In this document: piece by piece, positions 52,001-61,180 of the stretch | How the letters are laid out: each line of letters opens with the position of its first letter | Numbering within the stretch: the stretch's first letter is position 1 | NCBI GenBank assembly: GCA_951406725.2 | Contig: OX597833.1 | Location: forward strand, 56,358,001 to 56,422,000 | DNA from: Octopus vulgaris | Taxonomy: Eukaryota | Direction: 5' to 3' | Length of the DNA stretch: 64,000 bases | Notes under the pieces: model-generated | The model's database searches: none | Seen by the model: the letters and a program-made list of their open reading frames with translations, nothing else | What the model was told of the DNA's origin: nothing | Translations under genes and position numbers: made by a program

Positions 52001-55000
52001 TCTGAGATCGTGTGCTGGAACAAAAACAATTGCAGTGTGGAAGGTGTTTATAAGCCATTTAAGAAACACACAAAAACCGTTAGATTCACTTCAACATTTA
52101 AATTTAATTTGTCAAAATATTTTCGTCGCTTTGAGACCGCGACCTGTTCATTGTCAAAACTTCGTGATGTAGCACGGATTTTTGTCAGTGAACAGGTCGC
52201 GGTCTCAAAGTGACGAAAATATTTTGACAAATTAAACTTAAATGTTGAAGTGAATCTAACGGTTTTTATGTGTTTCTTAAATGGCTTATAAACACCTTCC
52301 ACGCTGCAATTATAATTATATATATATGTGTGTGTGTGTGTGTGTTAAATAAAATGAGACAACAAAACTACTATTTCCCTCTAGTTAACGTTCTCGTATC
52401 GTCTCTGATGAAGGGATATCCCTAATATCCCAGAAACAGCTGTAAGACTAATTTTTTTCTTTCTAAATGACCTATAAATTCCACACTGCCTTGGTTTTGT
52501 TGTCTCATTTTTTAGCTAAATAGAACCAACAAAATACAGGACTCACGAGCTGAGCTTCTTCCATTTGTTCTTTGAGGAGTTGAAATTCTTTTTTCTTTTT
52601 CTCTTGCTGTAATTTCTTTATATTCTCTAATTCAGCTAAAAATTTAGAAAGAAAAGACAATAATTAATTTTTAGGTCCCACAAATGACAATTGCTTATTT
52701 AGAAAAGTCAACAAACTTACCCAATCACGGAAATAAACCAAAATACACACACACAAACACATACACACACACACCTGTGTGCATGTGTGGGTGTGTGTAT
52801 ATATACACATATATATATAGTAACAACTTAGAGTGGCTAATGGCATGACTTTGTACTACAAAAACAAATAGAGGCCTACTAAATACCATACAAGACAAAT
52901 TCTTGATTCACTGACGCAAGAGTTACCTTTGCTAGTGGTGATTGCAAGTGATTCCACCAAATAAGAAGGAGAAGATAATCACAAGAGACTGACATGCCAT
53001 TAATGAAGAGGCAGAGTTTGTTTTTCTGGAAACAAGAGGACAGATGCATGACCCCAGCAAACAAAGGACTTACTCATATACTAAAAAGGGGTACAGAACA
53101 TTTATGGTATCAGCTAATATATGTCACTCATAAAGCATTGATCAACCGGATTCTAGAGTAAAAGTTACTTGTCCAAGATGCTGTGCAGTGGCACCAAACG
53201 AACCAGGCATCACAGAGTTCCAAAGTAAACTTCTCACCTACACAGGTGTACCTGTGTCCATGGTAATCAGATGGATCTGGAAACACTCAGAAAGGGAGCG
53301 AGAAAGGAAATAGAGAAAAATCTACTTACTGTTAATCCTCTTCAGTTCAGAGGCAGCCATCTCCTGTGCTTTGGCAGCTAAATCTTTCTTCATCTGGATC
53401 AACTTTTCCTTGCGTTCCAGCCTAAAACAACCGGGAACAACCAAAAGGTCAACATCAAATATGTTGGTTTGGAAATCAACCGAATTATATATAATAAACG
53501 ATTTGATAAATAAAGGTGTGTGTGTGTGTGTGTGTGGCACGTTAAAGGCGCCATTCAAGCGTAATCATTACCAGCGTAGCCTTACTGGCACTTGTGCCCC
53601 GTGCTACTGAGGTGCTAAGAGCACCATCCGAGCGTGATCGTTGCCAGAGCAGCTAACTGGCTTCTGTGCCAGTGGCACGTAAAAGGCACCATTCGAGCGT
53701 GATCATTACCAGTGTCGCCTTACTGGCACTTGAGCCGTGACACGTGAAAAAACATTCAAGTGAGGTCGTTGCCAGTACTGCTTGACTGGCCCCCGTGCCA
53801 GTGGCACATAAAAGCACCCACTACACTCTCGGAGTGGTTGGCGTTAGGAAGGGCATCCAGCCGTAGAAACTCTGCCAGATCAAGATTGGAGCCTGGTGCA
53901 GCCATATGGTTCGCCAGTCCTCAGTCAAATCGTCCAACCCATGCTACCATGGAAAGCAGACAATAAATGATGATGATGATAATATATATATATATGTGAC
54001 TAGCTTTATAATATCAAGTTGCCTTGGCTGCATGATCTGCCAAACTGTATGGTGCATGCATGAGTATGTGTGTATGTTTGCATACAGTTCAAAATTGTAC
54101 GAAAAGCAAAAGAGAGAAACAAAGTGAAAGAACAACAAACAAACTGCATTAGTTTTAGTTTGGCGCTCAGGAAAAATGGAAGGGTCTTGATGTTTTGGGC
54201 CTATGCTCTTCCACAGAAAGAAATGAGGAAAGAAAATTGATGGAGAAAGAAAAAAACAAAGGAGAGAATAAAAACGTGTCTGGATTAACAGTTGCACATG
54301 TTGAACACTGTGTGTGTGTGTGAGTGTGTGTGTGTAAGCATTTGTATAATATCAACAGTTACCTGGCTTGCATAGTCTGCCGTGCAATCTGGTGGAGACG
54401 ACTGAAGTAACACTGGCTGTACTGCTGTAGGGACTTCAACTCATTCTTGGAATGGAAGAAGCGGATCTGAGGGACTTCGTTGTTGTTCACGTTGCAGATG
54501 AAGTGCTGAGTGGAGAGAAAGATCCAAAGGTAAAGGAATGATGACAAGACAGTTAAAAGATAATGGTTCTAGTTTGGTCCCAACCTGTGACATCCTGGGT
54601 AAATATCACCTACCTTGTCTTCGGATTGTTCAATATACCTTGCGAGGGAAATTTGTGAGAAAGAACTGTGTAGAAACTTGTGTGTATGTGTGTGTGTGTG
54701 TGTGAGAACATATATTACTATTTAGTGGGAAAGAGAGGGATTCTAATCCGACGCTTTTACTTTGTTCTGGGTCTCTGAGACTGGTCAGAGCAGAGGAAAA
54801 AGTTACCCGCAAACCAGAGGAGAAGGGCTTGAATGTTTGAAACAGAGTAAACATCATTTAAAGTTACCCAAGAACAGATAATGGTGTTAAACAGGGGAAT
54901 GGGTTAACTCTTTCACCTAAGAACTGGAACAAATACCATAAGGTATCTTATCTGATCGTCTAACAATTTCATATCCAGGTACCTATTTTTCTGAATCCCA

Positions 55001-58000
55001 AAAGTTTGGAAGGCTAAATTTTGCCTCTTGCATTTTGTAAATAAGTTGAATAAGCTGCAAGAGAAAAACTTGAAATTCCAGCCAGCCTAATATGTTGCTT
55101 ATACACACATGTGGAGGTGTATGGCTCAGTGGTTAGGGTGCTGGGCTTACAACCATGAGGTTGCAAGTTCGATCCCTGGACCAGGCTGTATGTTGTACTT
55201 TTGAGCAAGATACTTATTTCATGTTGCTACAGTTCACTCAGCTGTAGAAATCAGTTACAATGTCACTAGTGCAAAGCTTTATTGGCCTTTGCCTTTCCCC
55301 TGGACAACATCGGTGGTGTGGAGAAGGAAGACTGGTATGCATGAGCGACTGTTGATCTTCCACAAACGTCCTTGGAGAGGAGTTTTCTAAGTGCAATCCC
55401 ACAGTAGTTTGTGATTGAAAGGGGTCTTTTACTTTACACACACACACACACAAACATTTAGCATTTCCTATCAACAAAATCGTCCGTTAGCTCTGTGCTT
55501 TTGAATTCCCCTGGAATTAAAATTCCCTTACTTGAGAAAGAGGAAAGGGTTGCTGACAGGAGGGACATCCTGCCACGAAAATCCTACCTCAAGTCCCTTC
55601 CCATCGGACCCTCACAAGCATAGAAAAACAGTTGTTAAACAAATGAAGAAATGAATAAATTGAAATCAAATTCGATGACTGGCATCCGTGCTAGTGGAGT
55701 GCTAAGAGCACCATCCAAGTGTGATCGTTGCCAGAGCAGCTAACTGGCTTCCATGCCAGTGGCACATAAAAAGCACCATTTGAGTGTGATCATTACCAGC
55801 GTCGCCTTACTGGCACTTGTGCTGGTGGCATGTGAAAAACACCATTTGAGTGTGGCCGTTGCCAGTACCACCTGACTGGCCCTCGTGCCAGTGGCATGTA
55901 AAAACACCCACTACACTCGACTGAGGTTGTTGCCAGTGCCGCTGGACTGGCTCCTGTACAGGTGGCATGTAAAAAACACCATTTAAGTGTAGCCATTGCC
56001 AGTACCGCCTGACTGGCCCTCATGCCAGTGGAACGTAAAAGCACCCACTACACTCTCAGAGTGGTTGGCATTAGGAAGGGCATCCAGCTGTAGAAACCCT
56101 GCCAGATCAGATTGGAGCCTGGTGCAGCCATCTGGTTTGCCAGTCCACAGTCAAATCGTCCAATCCATGCTAGCATGGAAAGCAGACATTAAACGATGAT
56201 GATGATTGATGACACACACACTTTTTATGACAGTAAAATTAAAATCAAAACCCAAAAAATAAGATGCTTGCCAAAATGTTTCCCATACCTGAGGATTGCA
56301 AATTCGGATGAGATTGAGAGATTGGCCACAGGTGAAGATGTCATGCAACACACCAGATAAAAATTCAAGGAAACCATTGGCAGTTGAAGGAATCTGCAAC
56401 TGGAAACCGTCATTCCAGTTCTCTTTACCTAGAATGAAAATCAGTCAATGAATAAACATCAGGTTATTAATTAACTTTGGAGGTAATTATGAAACAAAGT
56501 AGTGAAATTTAGAACACATTAACTTGGTTGGTGGAAAGGATGTTGGAGAGTGTGATTGGGACTCACTGAGTCATTGTGGAATGAAGGCTCTTTTAAGGAA
56601 CCTTTCTAGGCAAGGATCTACACTCTTGGAGTGGTTGGCGTTAGGAAGGGTATCCAGATCAGACTGGAGCCTGGTTTGCCAGACCTCAGTCAAATCGTCC
56701 AACCCATGCTAGCATGGAAAGTGGACGTTAAACGATAATGATGACGAAAGAGCTGTCTCAAAGTATGAACACATTGAGAAGTTGCTTGGAGACCTCATGG
56801 GACTAGGGGCTCAATTCTAATCTATGTGTATTGTCACTTGCCATCAATAAATAATACTATAAGGTGCAGCGACATTAATTTGCCCAGCCCAAGGGCCTGT
56901 AATAATCCTAAGACAGTCCTGACTGAACACATTAGCTATGGAGTTCTAACTAGTTAATCTAAAGCATATTTTTTTAAAAATAAATTATCACATCATTGAA
57001 ATCTCAAAGCTTTGAGCTTCAAGATAACTCATGATTAATTCAAAGCAATGTGAACAGATAAGCATTACATTTGGCAGAATAACCTGAACACTAAACTCTT
57101 TACTCTTTTACTTGTTTCAGTCATTTGACTGCGGCCATGCTGGAGCACCGCCTTTAGTCGAGCAAATCGACCCCAGGACTTATTCTTTGTAAACCTAGTA
57201 CTTATTCTATTGGTCTCTTTTGCCGAACCACTAAGTTACGGAGACGTAAACACACCAGCATCGGTTGTCAAGAGATGTTGGGGAGACAAACACAGGCACA
57301 CACACACACATATATATACAACGGGCTTCTTTCAGTTTCCATCTATCAAATCCACCCACAAGGCTTTGGTCGGCCTGAGGCTATAGTAGAAGACACTTGC
57401 CCAATGTGCCACGCAGTGGGGACTGAACCCAGAACTATGTGGTTGGTAAGCAAGCTACTTACCACACAGCCACTCCTACGCCTATAAAGGGTTAAAATTC
57501 TTTTTCTACTGCATAGATATGGAACAAAAAGAATAAGGGCTCTGACTGAAAGATGGAGGTCTAGAAAGGAACCAAGAATCTTAAATCTTGTCTGCATAAG
57601 AGCAAATGATTAAAACAAAACCAACAAAATAGTAAACGATGAATGTGTGGCAAAGCAGATGGAGTGGGGGAAAAAGATACATTAGGAGATCTGTTGGATT
57701 AAAAATTTTTTTAATAGTTTAAAAAAATTTTTAATTTGACATTTTACAACAAACCAGTGCAATAAAGGTTAATAAAGAAAATACCTGTTAGCTGGACGAT
57801 GTTGTCGGATATCTTTATCATGAATTCACCATACTCATCTTTGCAAACACCATGAAATACCCAATTCTGTAGGTAGCTGGAGGGTGGAAAAAAAACAACC
57901 AAAATAGTGACTGTAGTTATTTTAGGTCTGAAGTTGTGCAATAATAAATAACAGATTTTAAAAGTTAAAATGGATTATTGAGTGAGGGAGAAGTGCATGC

Positions 58001-60043
58001 CATCAAAGTGACACTGGGGTAAAATATACGAAGCCCAGTATACCCATCATGACTACCCGTCTGATAAGGGTACACCAGGCACATGCATCACAACCATATG
58101 TGTGCGACGTGGTGATCTCATATCAAGACAAACAGTGCATGACCTTGCAGGTGGGGCGCAGTTAGGATTTTCTTCTGGTCGAGTAACCCATCTCGTTCAA
58201 TAGGTCCTTGAATAAGGATTGTTTAAGGATGTTGAATGAACCACCCATGTTTCCAAAGGAGAATTATCCAAACCTCTAAGATTTCTTTTCAACACACGGC
58301 TATGCTGCTCCCCCACTACTTCTGCTTGTGATCAGAGATGCACATATTGTCAACCACTAAGGGACATGCTCAACTGGTTACAGTCAAACAACTGACAAGC
58401 AAATCTGTGGATTTGAGCAGAATATTTGCTTTTATACTATTATTATTATTATTATTATTAAGGCAGAAAATTCATTAGTTCCAAATATATAATGCCTAAA
58501 AATAAAAGTTGGTACATGAGCACAAGGTCATAAAAGGTGAGGAGAGAGTAAAGTCAAATTAAATTGACCCCATTTTAAGACTGGTACTTATTTGATCAAC
58601 CCTGGAGCAATTGAAAAAGCTATGTGATTTGAAATTGAAATATAATAGGATTTGGAAGAAGGAGTATAGGATATTAATTAACAGAAAAAAAATACTCATT
58701 TCAAATTTTGATACAAGGCCAGCAATTTCAAGGGTGGGGAGTAAGTCAGTTACATTGCCCCCCAGTGGTCAACTGATACTTATTTTATTGACCTCGTAAG
58801 GATGAAAAGTAAAGGTGACTGGTGGAATTTGAACTCAGAAACTCAGAACATAAAGCCTGATCAAATACCATTAAACATGTTGCCTGGTAATGCTAATGAC
58901 TCTGCCAGGTTGCCACCTTAATTAACAGAAAGAAATGTTAACAGATAATTAACCCTTTCGTTACCAACCCGGCTGAAACCGGCTCTGGCTCTGAGTACAA
59001 ATGTTTTGTTTTCATAAGTTTTGAATTAAAATCTTCCTCTAAACCTTAGTCACAATTTATGTTCCTAACACTAGCTTAATGATAACCAAGTTATTTTACT
59101 AAATTCTTTGTTATATTTAAGGTAATTGAAAGAAACACAGAGCATCTCAAAATAAATACAGTAATGAATGGATTAAATATATAATAGAGAAACAATTCTT
59201 AACCCTTTTGATACCAACCCAGCTGAAACCACTTCTGGCTCTGAGTACAAATGTCTTGTTTTCATAAGTTTTGAATTAAAATCTACCACTAAACCTTAGT
59301 CACAATTTATGTTCCTAACACTAGCTTAATGATAACCAAGTTATTTTACTAAAGTCTTTGTTATATTTAAAGTAATTGAAAGAAACACAGAGCATCTCAA
59401 AAAAAAAAATAGAGTAACAAAAGGGTTAACCAGCTAGTTGAAAGAAAAGTTTGCCATTGGCGGACGTTATGTTTAGTCTGGTAAACAGAACAACTTTGAT
59501 GGAATCTAGTATGCACAGTGAAGCACTGAAAGATTACTCTAACATTATTGTGTCTAAGTGTGTGAGTATATACAGACAAATATTGCAAAGTATTCAGTCC
59601 AACACTATCATTTCTGTTAGTCCACAACTATTGGTATTAGTAGTATCTCTAGTGATAATAACCTTGAATAGAAGACCAGTCCTATATCATCACTTCACCA
59701 AAAGTCTGCTTTTCAAAGCTTGCTAACAGCTAAATCTGTTTCTCCACAGCTATTGCCATAGCCAAATTAACCCTTTCGATACTAACCCGGCTGTAGCCAG
59801 CCGAAAGATTTTTGGTTCATAAGACCAACCCAGCCATAGCCGGCCGAGAGTACCCATTGTTATTTAAATGTGAATTAAAGCGCAGGAGTGGCTGTGTGGT
59901 AAGTAGCTTGTTTACCAACCACATGGTTTCGGGTTCAGTCCCACTGCATGGCACCTTGGGCAAGTGTCTTCTACTATGGCCTCGGGCCGACCAAAGCCTT
60001 GTGAGTGGATTTGGTAGACGGAAACTGAAAGAAGCCCGTCATA

Positions 60044-60090
<47 letters not shown>

Positions 60091-60933
60091 ATGCGTATGT
60101 GTGTTTGTGTGTCTGTGTTTGTCCCATCCAACATCACTCGACAACCGATGCTGGTGTGTTTATGTCCCCGTTACTTAGCGGTTCGGCAAAAGAGACCGAT
60201 AGAATAAGTACTGGGCTTACAAAAAGAATAAGTCCCGGGGTTGAGTTGCTCGATTAAAGGCGGTGTTCCAGCATGGCCGCAGTCAAATGACTGAAAAAGA
60301 GTAAAAGAGTAAAGCACAAATCACGTTAGTACATTTCTGAAAATACGTGATTTCACTTGTAAATAGTTGAGTTATAGTATTCGACAATGCTTGATGTGAT
60401 ATCTGAACTCAGTGAATTTCTAGAGATTTTTTTCCACATTTTTTTGTCGTCAATTTTTTTTTTCAACTTTGAAAATGGATAGGAGTTTCACGCTATCAAG
60501 CAGTGATTCCGAATTTAAAGGTTTTTCAACGGAAAATATGGAGATATCAAGAAAAAGAATGAATGAGGTATAAAAGCACATGGTGTATGAGAATGAATAG
60601 GATATTTCTGTATACGAAACTGAAAGCAGCGATAGCGACAGCAAAGACGATTTTACATCGGAATGAAGTAAAAACTTCAAAAATATTTTTGATAGCAATT
60701 TTTCTGAAGAGATGGGGTCTATCCATAGTCTTTCTTAAAGCACATTAATCACCTCAATAATCGTTTTGATTTCTCTAAAAGCTATGACATTGAACGGCAA
60801 CCTTGCTGTTAACGGATACTTACAGAGCAAATGGAGTGCAGGCTCTCTGGAATATGGAAAGCATCAGGTAATACTGTTCGCTGTCCCACATCTCTACAGT
60901 TTTCTTATATAAATAATCAAGTAATTCTAAGCC
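26002..60933 (-). CDS. TUBGCP6: Gamma-tubulin complex component 6 (GCP6), multi-exon gene span, 5' part outside window
   Basis: 21 GT-AG exons with mutually compatible phases. They encode GRIP1-like (GLELLDYLY, YLQNWVFHGVCKDEYGEFMI), coiled-coil (HYADLSEQAALREEKALW), insertion and GRIP2-like (YKVDWPLNIII, HPNF, PHLQDLVLLLNYNNW) segments matching GCP6 as recalled. Confidence 0.93.
26398..26432 (-). ncRNA. Minimal hammerhead motif (core CCGACGA)
   Basis: guuu-CCGACGA-a-gagc ucc gcuu-GAAA-cGUU-aaac. Confidence 0.65.
27679..27878 (-). CDS. TUBGCP6: GCP6 exon (200 nt)
   Basis: SLFMSPANHMMAAIKNMFSLIL...IKHPNFPQLLKLYEDFCRYSKHFYD; gtaagc donor. Confidence 0.9.
27993..28213. mobile_element. piggyBac-like MITE family 2 (also 37782-38008; 18246-18893 interrupted by an RTE tail)
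   Basis: TTAA-ccctttag...ctaaaggg-TTAA. Confidence 0.78.
29451..29830 (-). mobile_element. Non-autonomous Helitron
   Basis: 5' TC, 3' hairpin tgacctggcattgccgggtca plus CTAG, inserted at A|T; second copy at 40196-40556. Confidence 0.82.
29872..29995. repeat. Near-perfect palindrome (arms of about 60 bp, 2-nt loop)
   Basis: cattcaaatatcaggtgtgacc...gactttaa-cc-ttaaagtc...ggtcacacctgatatttgaatg. Confidence 0.9.
30659..30820 (-). CDS. TUBGCP6: GCP6 exon (162 nt)
   Basis: YIMREFVKALQNFFVNQVLYISWTNF...LDDLHKLHMDFLDTSLK; gtaagt donor. Confidence 0.9.
31682..31745 (-). CDS. TUBGCP6: GCP6 exon (64 nt)
   Basis: AMVNHVPHFSRETQFHRVQTFG; required to reconcile the phases of the flanking exons. Confidence 0.8.
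32515..32647 (-). CDS. TUBGCP6: GCP6 exon (133 nt)
   Basis: VDWPLNIIINKECHRKYRQLYLFLLQLRYAMWLLEQIWRQLKRD. Confidence 0.93.
33262..33660. mobile_element. Merlin-like MITE, related family
   Basis: TIRs ggatcttttcggtttgaacggcag; perfect 8-bp TSD gggaatct. Confidence 0.78.
34592..34629 (-). CDS. TUBGCP6: GCP6 exon (38 nt)
   Basis: DAKILECLNLAYK; gtaagc donor. Confidence 0.85.
34701..35053 (-). mobile_element. Helentron/HINE-like element with partial tandem duplicate at 35092-35205
   Basis: Sub-terminal acctcc(g/a)cc inverted repeats and a gcactcagagagtgc hairpin. Confidence 0.55.
35238..35394 (-). CDS. TUBGCP6: GCP6 exon (157 nt)
   Basis: LSMNPHPNEILNPIFLNSIINQAFKCS...NLSFEI. Confidence 0.9.
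36641..36782 (-). CDS. TUBGCP6: GCP6 exon (142 nt)
   Basis: IKLVNKCALDYFLTELSIEEHFSAMWRYLIMGEGDFAFNLTSLLFEK. Confidence 0.93.
38454..38613 (-). CDS. TUBGCP6: GCP6 exon (160 nt)
   Basis: ESGHLLNIGG...PLSVLIQQSIQNPLMDQ; gtaagt donor. Confidence 0.85.
38705..39030 (-). mobile_element. RTE-like LINE 3' fragment
   Basis: RRVQFAGHCCRA...LLLWKP...AMMDREVWR; a related relic lies at about 45640-45930 (+). Confidence 0.7.
40196..40556 (-). mobile_element. Non-autonomous Helitron (same family)
   Basis: High identity to 29451-29830 with the same termini. Confidence 0.82.
40764..40844 (-). CDS. TUBGCP6: GCP6 exon (81 nt)
   Basis: GPAEGFEAMFKSWKESFTEPYNCSFNF; gtaagt donor, phase 1/1. Confidence 0.8.
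41120..41341. repeat. 28-bp minisatellite, about 8 copies
   Basis: gcagttgacagtcaatagttgacaatga repeated. Confidence 0.9.
41600..41800 (-). mobile_element. Mariner transposase C-terminal relic
   Basis: HPPYSPNLALCGFWLFPKLKE (YSPDLAP-like motif). Confidence 0.75.
42791..43015 (-). CDS. TUBGCP6: GCP6 exon (225 nt)
   Basis: SQLPKVKTHN...RFKQRNIHGHASDSTIQKLLYG...EEDRI. Confidence 0.88.
43808..43926. repeat. (TG)n/(TATG)n compound microsatellite
   Basis: Direct reading. Confidence 0.9.
44152..45312 (-). CDS. TUBGCP6: GCP6 large insertion-domain exon (1161 nt) with 25-aa tandem repeats
   Basis: Open frame inside ORF 44018..45412, bounded by tttgcag acceptor and gtgagt donor; phase 1/1 fits both neighbours. 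Confidence 0.88.
44350..45076 (-). repeat. Coding tandem repeat, about 10 x 75 nt (HKKQVEDQSVSKESSTTSGGDTIIP)
   Basis: Direct reading of the translated units; the central five or six are nearly identical and the outer ones are degenerate. Confidence 0.92.
46097..46179 (-). ncRNA. Type I hammerhead with long stem II, intact core
   Basis: uuuuc-CUGAUGA-gaaggc(g)gcaua...uaugc(a)gccuuc-GAAA-cauauGUC-gaaaa; palindromic ACAUAUGU. Confidence 0.8.
46359..46441 (+). ncRNA. Mirror copy of the 46097-46179 hammerhead (GAAA to GAAG)
   Basis: Right arm of a 195-bp inverted repeat; one core substitution. Confidence 0.65.
48211..48691. mobile_element. Tandem dimer of piggyBac-like MITE family 1
   Basis: Two units joined by atatataatagagaaacaattc; outer TTAA ends. 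Confidence 0.82.
48761..49037 (-). CDS. TUBGCP6: GCP6 exon (277 nt)
   Basis: DDNVDGIAILPQELDPNLPQWAK...DPNLPSWAR...EKLPSWAKK; phases 0/1 fit. Confidence 0.85.
49250..49795 (+). mobile_element. RTE-like LINE 3' fragment (different family)
   Basis: GRIYQAIVRTILLYGCEAW...LRWFGHAARRP...LAQDRRAW. Confidence 0.8.
50538..50712 (-). CDS. TUBGCP6: GCP6 exon (175 nt)
   Basis: EKIKRHYADLSEQAALREEKALWNVRRARLNDQRTEFL...KQTK. Confidence 0.92.
51307..51407 (-). CDS. TUBGCP6: GCP6 exon (101 nt)
   Basis: RKLKEKEMRKKADELSEKEQSLMKAKAEMEAEIK; gtgagt donor. Confidence 0.85.
51547..51944 (-). mobile_element. Non-autonomous Helitron, second family (similar termini at about 22333-23021)
   Basis: 5' TCTTTATATATAAAA; 3' hairpin cccgagcaacgccggg plus CTGG (CTRR). 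Confidence 0.7.
51970..52311. mobile_element. Penelope-like pLTR with inverted partial copy, in (TA)n
   Basis: Arms 52028-52166 and 52173-52311; a hammerhead variant in each arm. Confidence 0.7.
52181..52231 (+). ncRNA. Minimal hammerhead variant with swapped G3:C8 core
   Basis: uuuguca-GUGAACA-g-gucgc ggucucaaa gugac-GAAA-auaUUU-ugacaaa; mirror copy at about 52108-52158 (-). Confidence 0.65.
52401..52448 (+). ncRNA. Minimal type I hammerhead ribozyme, canonical core
   Basis: gucu-CUGAUGA-a-gggauau cccua auauccc-a-GAAA-cagcuGUA-agac; palindromic ACAGCUGU. Confidence 0.82.
52547..52635 (-). CDS. TUBGCP6: GCP6 exon (89 nt)
   Basis: TELENIKKLQQEKKKKEFQLLKEQMEEAQL; gtgagt donor. Confidence 0.87.
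53330..53421 (-). CDS. TUBGCP6: GCP6 exon (92 nt)
   Basis: LERKEKLIQMKKDLAAKAQEMAASELKRIN; gtaagt donor. Confidence 0.88.
54186..54220 (-). ncRNA. Degenerate hammerhead, same family as 9676-9711
   Basis: cuuu-CUGUGGA-a-gagc auag gccc-AAAA-cauc-aag; flanks homologous to the 9.6-kb element. Confidence 0.45.
54363..54505 (-). CDS. TUBGCP6: GCP6 exon (143 nt)
   Basis: HFICNVNNNEVPQIRFFHSKNELKSLQQYSQCYFSRLHQIARQTMQAR. Confidence 0.9.
56289..56428 (-). CDS. TUBGCP6: GCP6 exon (140 nt)
   Basis: GKENWNDGFQL...FLSGVLHDIFTCGQSLNLIRICNPQ. Confidence 0.92.
57785..57876 (-). CDS. TUBGCP6: GCP6 exon (92 nt)
   Basis: YLQNWVFHGVCKDEYGEFMIKISDNIVQLT. Confidence 0.92.
58949..59429. mobile_element. Second copy of the same MITE dimer
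   Basis: Same junction sequence and same length as 48211-48691. Confidence 0.82.
59768..60750 (+). mobile_element. Possible piggyBac left end and decayed transposase N-terminus, interrupted by SINE A
   Basis: TTAA-ccctttcgatac end like MITE family 1; 60475 onward reads MDRSFTLSSSDSEFKGFS... acidic with stops. Confidence 0.4.
60824..60933 (-). CDS. TUBGCP6: GCP6 exon (110 nt)
   Basis: GLELLDYLYKKTVEMWDSEQYYLMLSIFQRACTPFAL; ttgcag acceptor, gtaagt donor. Confidence 0.92.
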
Positions 60934-61180
60934 CTGCAAAGAAAAAAAAAACACAAGATACTTGATATAACATTGTTTTTGTCTTTCAGAAACATTAGAG
61001 GCAACAGCCAGCTATGCCCAGTGTTATAGCAGCTGCCACCAACACTATCAATAATGTATTAGCAATTGGTTGATAACTGATAAAGAATTAGGGACCGTCT
61101 ATGGTTATCTCCCGTCTAGTTTTACACTCAGTATACATTATGTTATATGTTTATTTACCATACATTTTTTTCATTTTATA

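Noticed and set aside
57980-58430. GC-richer block that may be a non-LTR element 3' UTR
   Set aside because: There is one copy in the window and no ORF or terminal signature I can verify, so it is left unclassified.
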